Below are positions 53,901 to 64,000 of a DNA stretch of 64,000 nt, in pieces. The notes beneath the pieces were generated by a model. The model had not been told where the DNA came from. It made no database searches and saw only the letters and a list, made by a program, of their open reading frames with translations. Every line of letters begins with the position of its first letter. Position 1 is the stretch's first letter. A program made the translations under genes and the position numbers. The stretch is from Rotaria socialis (taxonomy: Eukaryota): the NCBI GenBank assembly GCA_905331295.1, contig CAJNYD010000125.1, positions 1-64,000 of the forward strand. The letters run 5' to 3'.

Positions 53901-56693
53901 TTATGAAAAACAAAAACAAAGTTAGCTTGAATGGTTTCCTATGATGCTGGATAGAAATATTTGATACTCCATCAATAATTATATTTCATAATATTCGATT
54001 GGTTCAACATGAATCAGTCGTATTACGATTTTCTTTGAACGAAACTATTTTCAGTAGAAACTCTTTGAAAATAATAAATCTTAAAATAACGTCTCAGTGT
54101 CGTAGCTCTGTTTTCTATGATATATTTCCTTCAATTGTTTTCAACTTGAGAGTGAACAATCTTTCTCACAATTTTAATCTACCCATGCATAGTAAGCATT
54201 CATTCAAGTCGATATAACGTGATATTAGTGATTTTCAATAGAAAGAATCGTTCTTTGTGAACAATAGAAGGCTGGGTCCGGATCCGGAAATTTTCTGTTA
54301 ACCGAATCCGGTACGACTCCAACGAGTAACACTTTAAAAGTAAGAGTTAATTATAATTTGATTCTTCTGTATTCATTGTCAAAATTATATGAGAACATTT
54401 TAGGCTATATTAACCGCTAAACTCATTCAAAAAATGTCTCTAATAAGAATGTAAAACATTTACTAGAAATAAAATACGAATTTGAGATATTTCAATTTAT
54501 GTAGAGTTATACTCGTCTGTATATAAATCATACTGTCGGGAAAAACAAAAATGCAGAATATAAATTTTTATTGCCCATAGATTTAAATGGAAAATAAATA
54601 GCTAATTGCCTGTTCTTCTTCAAATATTTGAATAATTTAGATTCGTGCACAAAGTGTTCTTAAACAACATCAAATGAATCAACGTGAACGTTTACCATCA
54701 GTAGTAGATAAACAAGTTGAATTAGAAGAAACCATTGAAAAATTAAATACAACAGTTCGAGAAGCAAAGTAACAAGACTTTATTTGTTTTTTGAAATCAT
54801 TCTATCATCAATAATTCGATCTATTTAGTGATAGAATTCTAGCATTAATCTGTGAAAATGATATACTACAAAAAGAACAAGAGCGTCTTATAGAATTTCA
54901 AGCTAAACTCATTAATGAACCTAAGAAACGAGAACAAGATCTTCGTAAACAAGTAATTATTTAAGAATAAAAACCAATAACAACTACAAAACTAATGAAT
55001 GAACTTTATATTCTTTTTATTCAAGCATAAACTAGAAATAGATAAAATTGAAAATGAATATTTACAACGAATCAATGATATCGATGATAAATTGAAAAGT
55101 GCAATACTTCTCAACGAAACGCTTTCGACAGTATATAAAGTAAAATACAAAATAAAATAGAACTCCATTGCATTGCATCGATGTTTTTAAGGAACAAATC
55201 GTCAGTATGGAATCTGATTATGAACATTCAATATCAACTTTAAAAAATGAATTAGAAACTACTCGGCAAGAATTGGAACAATTAAAAATTCGTATAGATT
55301 TATTACGACAAACAAATATTGATAATGAAAAACTAACATCAAATACTGAATCGTCACAAATCGGTATAAATAATCATTCTAATAGAGATGATACCCTTGC
55401 ATGCAGTACTTGCGAACGTCAACAAGGAGAAGTAAACATTCATTCCATTTTATTCCTTGCCTATTTATTTAAATAATAAGTATCAATAATTTTCTAATTA
55501 ATAATAATTGAAAATTCTTTACTGCTTTTTCTTACTCAATTAGATTCAGTATAGCAACATCTAATGTTCACGCTAGTGTTTAAAACAACTGAATTCAATC
55601 TCAATAGATCGATAATACCAACAGCTAACTAACTAACTAACTAACTAACTAACAGAAATTTTCAATAATCGAAATATAGAACACTGAAGTTGATCTATTT
55701 GAAGCATGTTTTGAAATCAAAATTATATCATAATAAAATATCATTTTCTTGTATTTTTTCCACAATAGCGCACAACAGAATTTTACCTTTTAAAATAGAA
55801 TAAAATGTAAAATTCTTCTTGCTCGATTTTTTGAAAGCGACGTATTAATAACTGATGCAGTCGTCAAAAAAATAAGCTCATATTAATATTAAGTCAATTC
55901 TAATCTAGATACTAATCGAAAACGTTTTGTACACTATCTCCTTATAGAAAAGCGAGAAAAAATGTTCAATATGTTGTACATAGACAAATTATGAATCATT
56001 GTTTCCTCGTGCATTGCTAGGAATGAGATCCTCGAGACACGAATACATCGTCGTTTTTTTTCTTTTTATTATAATTATATTTGAATTTTTTTATTATTTC
56101 AGGAGTTCGAATCGGCTAGCGTCGAACATCAATTATCACACATTCCAACGAAAACACTTGATAATGCCTCAATTGATACTAGTAGTACTATGGAAAATAC
56201 TACTACTACTACTCTATCATCAGCAAACGATAAATCACTTGATATTTCATTTGAAAAAATTGAATTCGAACGACAACGTTTAGAAGAAGAACTACATACA
56301 ACAAAAATACGTTTACTCGATACAGCAGAACTTTTAAATGAGTCGGAATTAAATAATGCACGTTTAGATCAACAAGTTACAGTACTCAAAGACGAAATCC
56401 GACGCATCGAACGTAATATGGATCGTGCTGAGTCCATATCAAATTTAGAATATTTAAAAAATATTATTGTAAAATTTTTTATTCTAAAATCCACAGATGA
56501 ACGTTTACAGTTAATACCTGTATTGGTTACAATGCTTAAATTGAGTCCTGATGAACAAGCACAACTTGTTCGTGTTGCAAATTTATCGACAACATATGAT
56601 GAGAATTTAAGAAGCAATGAATCACAGGCTGCACAAATAACTAATAATAATGTTAATTCACCTTCTTGGAGTTCATATTTAAATATTTGGTGA
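47918..56693 (+). CDS. GCC2: GRIP and coiled-coil domain golgin (GCC185-like), multi-exon
   Basis: N-terminal LESMSKEEIIKVVKNQ, long coiled coils, SLIDLELADYEKT, FNSYK|IRAQSVLKQ, and C-terminal GRIP domain NLEYLKNIIVKF..ERLQLIPVLVTMLKLSPDE..WSSYLNIW*. Confidence 0.92.
55626..55653 (+). repeat. (CTAA)n intronic microsatellite
   Basis: About seven tandem CTAA units. Confidence 0.9.
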
Positions 56694-58974
56694 TATTGAC
56701 AATTATATTTAAATCTCGAATCTCTTTATTTATTGCTTTTCTTTTTTGTAGAATTTTTATTATAATTTTCTTTTTCTTTTCGCTTTCTTGTCGCCTGCTG
56801 TCTTCACTGTTTTTATCTATATGTACGCAAAAAGAAAGTGTGATATTAATATGACTGCAAAATAAGCAACAAGTATTTTTTTTTCTTAATATAAAAGTTT
56901 ACTAATCACAATATGGATATTTGCATTATAATATGCTTTATCGTTATTACAGTTCGTTTTTTCTATTGTTTTTATTTGTATTATTATTCGTAAAAGAATT
57001 TTTACTGACGCGTCATTTTGCCTTTGAGCAACCCTGGTTTTTTTTTTGTATTCTCAAAATACAATAAGGACAAGTAAGAAGAAAAAAATAGTGTAAATTA
57101 TTGCCTAGACAGTTACAAGGACACAGGTTGATGTATAGGGCGAGAAAAATATCGTCGTGAAAGACACCATCAACATTGATGGCACTGTGCCAAAAGCTTC
57201 TTCTCATATATTCCGCACTCTTGCCTACAGCCAATGAAAAAAAAAAGAAAGAAAAAATAATCAGCCTCGCTCTTTTTTTCCATTATTTCTGTGTCAAACA
57301 GACTCCCTTTCCACCTACACAATCTATAGAATTTTTATTCGTTAGCACAAAAATGGAAGCCGTATGCATTCTTTCTTCATTGTTTTCTTCTTTCTGCTTT
57401 TGTCTCTCTATTCATTGCTTTTGCTTTACATCTTTTTCATTCTATCCTTGTCTAGCTATTTCTATTTATATGTATATACATATATATATAGAATTAGAAA
57501 CTTCTTTGTTTCCAAACCAATGATTGCATATGAAACAAATGCAGACAAAAAGATTAAAATTCAGCATAAACAAAATATGAGATTATCAAAAAATCGTCGT
57601 TGTTTAAACTCCTGAGACAAAATATTTTCCCACTAATTTAATAGCATCGACAGAAACGCATAAATCCAATGAGAAACAATTAATGCCTAAAAACTAGGAA
57701 TGAAATACGACATAAGTAGTATTAGAAGTAGTTGCGGCGGACGGAATGACGTTATTATAAACAAAAAACACGACGACTACAAAACAACACAAGCCCAATT
57801 TATATATATTTTATATGTATATATACATATCGACGAGTTGCAACGATGGGAAAATCGAAATGCGAGAATAATGTATGCAAGCGTATATTATTATATATAT
57901 ATATATATATATATAGAAAGATATATGACGTTGTTTGTTGAGTAGTAGTAACAGCATCAACTACATGAACGATGATAGTATATGAACCTCATATTACTCG
58001 ATGACGACCAAACGAACAAGAGAGAGAAAGAAGAGAGACAAAAAGAAAGGCATGAGGCTCGTTGGTCGTCGTCGTCGATGCTTGAATATATGCGAGCGAG
58101 TGAGAAACAAACGATATGTGCCCGCTTTGTATGATGAAGTTGGAGAAAATGAGAAGCAGAGAGAGTAAGAAAAAATAAGATTTTTTTCTCGTCTCTGGCC
58201 GTTCGTTTGCTTACTCTGCCCCGCATACATGCCTGTAATCTAATCTTGTATTCGAGAAGCTTCGACGACGTCGACAACGCCGCAAAATGCTTGATAAAAT
58301 AAAAAGGAACAAATGCGCTGCGCAATAAGAGAGACGACGAAGACATATAGAGAGAAAGGGAGAAAAAAAAATAGGAGACTCTATTAATAAAAGTAGTGTG
58401 CATGCAAGCGAGTAACCGATTGTGTAGACGGGGCAATATATACCCCGAAATACACAACACACTCGGGCTGCTGCATACATCCAATGACGAGAAGAAGAGC
58501 AAAAAAAAATAGAAACTACTCGTCTACTTTGTCGACGCCGCCGCGAGCGCCACGTCTAATTGGCGGACGAAATTTTATGCATTCACCTTTTCCTTTCTTC
58601 TCTTTCTGTTTCCTCTCTGCCTGCCTATCCAGAGTAGATTTTCTGTGTTCTTTTATCATAATTAGATTCTCAAACAGAGACCACAACCATTTTTATGGTT
58701 TTTTGTTGGCATTGTTGTTGTTGTTGTTGTTATTATTAGTCTTCATTTCATAAGCAAAAGGAAAACAAGAAAATAAATACTTAAGCATAAATGATGGCTC
58801 TATATGTCCGTTTTGATCAAAAGCAAAATAATAAAAAGAACCTGATGGAGAAAATTTTCTAATGTAACATAAAAGATACTACTAATTTTGATTAGAATCA
58901 GTACCATATCATGTGCCATTAGTATTTTAAATGTACGTAAAGCTGTGCGCATACGCTTGCTCTCCCACTACTAC

Positions 58975-59004
58975 CATCATCATCATCATCATCATCATCA
59001 TCAT
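58975..59004 (+). repeat. (CAT)n microsatellite upstream of spen
   Basis: About ten tandem CAT units. Confidence 0.9.
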
Positions 59005-59450
59005 TGCCCGACAATACAACATACGATCGTCGCTCCGACCGCCATAGTCGTCGTCGACGATAGTTTGAAGCGCGAGAGCGCGCTCGCACTGTTATACTCT
59101 CTATAGTGCAAAATGTATGGAGAAGAAAAGCGAGAGAAAGAGGGGAAAGAATGCTATAGAGAAGAGAAATATAATGTAAGGTGGCTCGTTTTTTTTCTTT
59201 TTCTTCTTTTTCTTCTTCTTTTTCTCTCTCTCGCCCGTTCGTTCTTCTTTTCAATGTAGATGCTGGCAACAACAACAATGTTCATCATCATCCCACGTCA
59301 ACGGCGACGAATATCGCCATTGTTCTGACCTTAAAAATTTCGAAATATTTTTTGTTTCTTGTTTGACAAATTATCGTGTGTGTCTGTATATGATTTACGT
59401 TTTTCAACTTGTACATATTTGCATTACTGTATATCGAATGAATTTTTGCC

Positions 59451-62400
59451 ATGCCCAGTGAAACCACGACTAGCAAAGTATCATTATCCATAAAACCAAC
59501 AGAATCCAGATGGTTGGCTATAGCTAATTTGCCAGAAACGGCTACAGAAGATACAATCAAAGAATGCTTTAAACGGTAGAGACGAATAAAATAAAATTAT
59601 TAATAGTTAAAAAAATGATAAATTTTTTATTTGATTATGATTATATCTAGACATGGCCATGTTCGATCTATTAAAATCGATGATCAACGTTTTGCTTTTG
59701 TCGCTTTTTTGGATGTACGCACAGCATCGAAAGCACATAATGCAGAAAATATTCTCGACGATAAACGATTACGAACAGCATTTCATGATGGTTCAAATTC
59801 AGTGCCAAAAGCACTTTTAGAACCATCACCACAACCGATTCAACCATCATCTTTATCGACTAATCTATTACCCGAACAACCGTCACCATTGATTTCTTCG
59901 ACGGTTGTTGAACCGTCATCTTCATCATCTTCGAACACATCGAATATAACAACAGTGACAAATTCGGTATCGACTAAAACAATAAATGGTGATCGAGATA
60001 AACGTCTATCGCGTACACTTGGCAGTCCTGATGAAAATGTTCGGTAAGAAGATTTTCTTGCTTTTTTCCATTTCTTTTTTTCTTATTGTATTTATTGTCA
60101 TGAATATCTTTCGTTCTGAAACTGATGTTGTAACCACTTTTCTTATTCCTCAGGATCATTATCTAAAAAGATTTAAAAATAGATTGAATCCGTTTTCTGC
60201 TTAAACTACGTAACCAATATATGATAGAAGTTTAGATCGTTTCTTTATTTCAATGTTTTACGTTTTTACGTTCTTCGATATATTTTTTTCTTTTTATTCA
60301 TTTTTTCGCCTTTTGTTCTCTCCTGCATTGTATTATGCGCAACAGTCATCTTATTAGCCTTCAACTTGAGTGGGTGTATGCACAGATTCGTGTATGTATG
60401 AGTCAACTTGTCTATTTGAAAAAGAATATGCAGTCCAATAATTGATATTTGTAGCACGATAAGGTTAATACATAAACGAAGGAGGATATTTTTGTTTTTG
60501 TTTGTTGGGACGACAAACAAAAAACAACAAGAAAAAACGGACATGTTACTGTTTGGCATTTTTTTTTCTCTTCTCGAAAAAAAAATAGTAATAAAAATGA
60601 GAATAATAATTAGAATTTTATTTATTTAAATTGGATTTTATTTATTACTGAATTAGGCATCAAGTCGTTCCAGTTAAACGTGATTCTGATTCATCAGGAA
60701 GTAAAAGAAAAACATCGTCAACAAAAAATTCGAAGTAAGATTTGATAATAAAAAAAAAAGATCTAGCTCAAGAAAAAAACCTAAAACTCAATTCACTCAT
60801 TGTTAATTATTTTATTAGAACAGCGAATAGTTCACATTCAACAATACAAAAACCACCACGTCGAAAACATGAAAATTCTTCATCATCTTCTTCGTCTTCA
60901 TCGTCATCCGAATCCGAACGATCGAGTGATGATAGGTATTTTAATTTCGGAAAATAAAAATATAAAAAAGTAATAAACAAAAGCAATCTTTTATTTAGTA
61001 TTTCATGTAAAAATCGTCGTCGTAATCCAACAAAAGCTCATTCGTCATTAAATGATCCAATGGGCAAAACTCGAATATTAAAAATTTACCATTTACCATC
61101 GAAAACTCCTAGTATGTTTATATTTTTAATTTCGTAAAAATCAATATGAAAGTACTATTTTTTTAATACTTATTATTAATAGAAGAATCAATGCGTGAAT
61201 CATTATGGAATTTATTTGTTGAATTTAAAAAATCAGGCCGTTTATTAACAGTTAAAATCGACGGTGAACAAGAATCACGCTACGCATTATTAACATTCAG
61301 AAAATCTACTGATGTCGATAAAGCTTTAACATTTGCAATAACTAAATCTATAGGAGGTTTACGATTGAAAGCTGAACCATACGATGGAATAATAAATGGT
61401 AAAATAAAAACACAGAAATAAACGTTTTGGATTTTTATGATTATTTTTTGTTTTGCTTTGTTAGAAAACGATGAATGTGATATAATGAAACGTTCAGTGT
61501 GTCCAGATCCTGATTTTGATGAATATTCTGTAAAAGCAACACGTACTTTATATATAGGAAATCTTCAGTCGGAAATATCTTATAATGAATTACGCGAAGC
61601 ATATGCAGAATATGGTGATATTATTGTATGTATAAACAAATTTATGTATTTGAAAAGGACATATTTCTTTTTCGTTTTATTTTAAATAGGAACTTGAAAT
61701 AAAACGTCAAACACAATCTCCACATCAGTTACCATTTGCATTCGTTCAATATGCTGATATTAAAAGTGTTGTTAAAGCAATGAAAGCTTTTGAATCGAAA
61801 CTTGGACGAGATCACTCAATTAAAGTATATATCGTTCCAAGATATTCATCAGTTATAATCGTAAAATAAAACACATAGATTTTTAAAAGATTAAAACGAT
61901 TTAGATAATAATGTTTGAATAGGTTTTATGTGACTAATGATTGAATTTTGATTTTGATTGTAATAATCAAATTGATAATAGTCAAAAACTGATTTTTAAA
62001 AGGTTTTAAATCTACAGAAACCGAAAAAATAATTCATTGTAGAACTTAACAACAAAAGCATTCGATTACTCATAAAAATATGTGACATATAACACATTTT
62101 CCATATATGATTTTATCTACCTATATTGTGATAAATATTTCAAATTATTATTTTATTTCCCTTCTATTAATATCAATCATTAACTTAATACCTATTGATA
62201 CAAAATCAATATCTAAATCGTTTAAATTTATCAAAAAAAAAAAGATTTTGTTTTCAGTTAATTAGTTTTTTTCGTTATAAATAATTTTAATGTCTTTTTC
62301 TTCTTTTTAAGTTGGGATTCGGTAAAAGTCAACCAACAAATGTATTATGGCTTGATGATTTACCTTTAAGTATAACCGAATCGTCAATACGAAATTTTAT

Positions 62401-64000
62401 AATTCGTCACACGAATTTACCTACTTGTGAAGTCGTTGATATATTTATTGATAATCGGAATAGTCATAAAAGTCAAACAGCCCAATGTTTAATTTATTTT
62501 ACTGAAACACGTGCTGCACAAGAAGCAATTAATTCGATACGTGGAAAAAAACTTGAATCGAAAAAAATACAAGTAGATTTTGCTAGTAAAGTGTTTGTTA
62601 CCAGATTTTCGGATATTATTGATGAAACTAGTCATAAGAAAAAGTATGTTTAAATTATTTATTTTATCCATGAATATTCGAGTTCTGTTTTTTCCAGTTA
62701 TGGTGGTTATCCGCCTGATTCAACATATCATGGAGAATCTCGACCTGTGTACGTAAAATAAATCAGTAGTTTATCATGATATTTTAGAGAGAAATTTTTT
62801 CTTTTTTATTTAGATCAAAACGTAATGGTACAGTACGTGAAATTGTCCCCGAAACAATTCAAACATTTGAAACTGCATCTACTCGAACGAATAGTAGTGA
62901 TCGATGGTTAAATGCATATAATAATACTAATACTAATGCTAATAATACTAATAGTAATCGATCACAACATAAAAATGATTCAAGACATTCATCCGATCGG
63001 TATTCAGATTTAATCCAACTCAATCATGATTTATTTATTTTTATTTTTCTAGACGGCATTCAAAAGAATATGGAAAAGGAAATACTAGTACTTTAATATC
63101 CATTCCATCAGGTATAGTTTCTATTAATCTTTATCATTGAAATGACTGTACGTTTCCTTTTTTTATTTTTGTAAAATAACAGTTGATAATGGAACTATTT
63201 GTGGTTCGTCAATAAATAGTCGACGACATCGTTTATCAACTTCATCAAAAGACAGTCGTATGTTAAACTATAGTTTGATTACGTTATTTTTCATAATTAT
63301 CTTGAATTAAACAATGAATTCGTTTTATTGTAATATAGTTCAATAAAACATCAATAATTCTATCCAACCACATGTAAACCATGTGATTTAATTAGCATTT
63401 TTCTGTAAATTTAAAAAAGTGGAACGTCTTTATGCTCATGTCGCTCGTTAAAATAGAATTTATTAATGATGAGTGCGACTACAGTAGATAAAAGAGATTT
63501 TTTGAACGAGAATCTGTAGAAAATTTTGAGTGAATCAATTTTAAAACAGAAGAGAGAATTGACTGACTTGCACTCTTTGACCTTTAACCTTTTCGCTATT
63601 TATTTAACATCAAAATTCAGTTTACTTTGTAACATCTAATGAAGACATACGGTTCGATGAAGTAAAGTTAATATTATATTTTAAAAAGGATACTCTCAAA
63701 TTTTTGTTTTAAATACAATAACCTGAATAGAATTATGAAAAGATAATAGAATCAATTGTTTTCAAAATAACCTTAAAAATATGTAATAAATTTTATTATT
63801 TTCTTAGTTTCAAATAATCTCTCATCCAGTCGAAATATTCATCGTAGTAGTCATGTTCGTCATCATGCTTCGTCAACATCATCGTCAGCTTCAAGATCAT
63901 CGTCAACAACAAGTCACAGTTCGACTAGTACAAATAGTCTTGAACATCGTTCAAATTCTTATCAAAAACATCATGCAAATAAACATCCACATAAAACATC
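59451..64000 (+). CDS. SPEN: Split ends / SHARP / MINT RRM protein, 5' part (runs off the window)
   Basis: RRM1 ESRWLAIANLPE..ECFKR|HGHVRSIK..AFVAFLDVRTASKAHN, Ser-rich linker, RRM2, RRM3 DEYSVKATRTLYIGNL, RRM4 LGFGKSQPTNVLWLDDL..KIQVDFAS. This matches the four-RRM SPEN layout. Confidence 0.93.

Noticed and set aside
54270..54322. CCGGATCCGG-rich intronic fragment as a hAT end (similar weak remnants at about 2920-3012, 14320-14820 and 22730-22815)
   Set aside because: No partner terminus or TSD could be defined.
57170..57230. miR-31-like seed AGGCAAGA on the minus strand and miR-71-like TGAAAGAC on the plus strand (57158)
   Set aside because: Only about half of the putative mature arm pairs, too weak for a pre-miRNA. 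Seed matches this short occur by chance.
57957..59366. Long Phe/Ser/Leu-rich and poly-His ORFs upstream of spen
   Set aside because: They arise from purine/pyrimidine tracts and the (CAT)n repeat and show no protein-like motifs.

Overview
AT-rich eukaryotic DNA with many short (about 50-70 bp) GT-AG introns. The gene style and a characteristic receiver-like domain suggest a bdelloid rotifer (inference, not proven). Positions 1-17.5 kb are gene-poor: one SSUH2-like gene (split by an N gap), an unprocessed importin-5 pseudogene, further decayed gene relics, several CMC/CACTA-type MITEs with 2-bp TSDs (including a loop-less 454-bp foldback) and a head-to-head cluster of Helentron/DINE-1-like non-autonomous elements with GC-rich hairpins. 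Positions 17.5-64 kb are gene-dense: CPT2, DNAJC10/ERdj5, a C2-domain protein, an intronless stand-alone receiver-like gene with a perfect 27-bp AP-1-centred palindrome upstream, a kinesin-6 (KIF20-like), an orphan CaaX protein, a divergent K50 PRD-class homeobox gene, ALG3, GCC2/GCC185 and the 5' part of spen. Ten of eleven intact genes are on the + strand. The best leads are the paired sheared-GA hairpins in the Helentron-like element, the receiver-like gene with its palindrome, and a possible spliced, structured transcript divergent from spen. All family assignments come from recognised motifs; no database search was run, and exon coordinates were read by eye.
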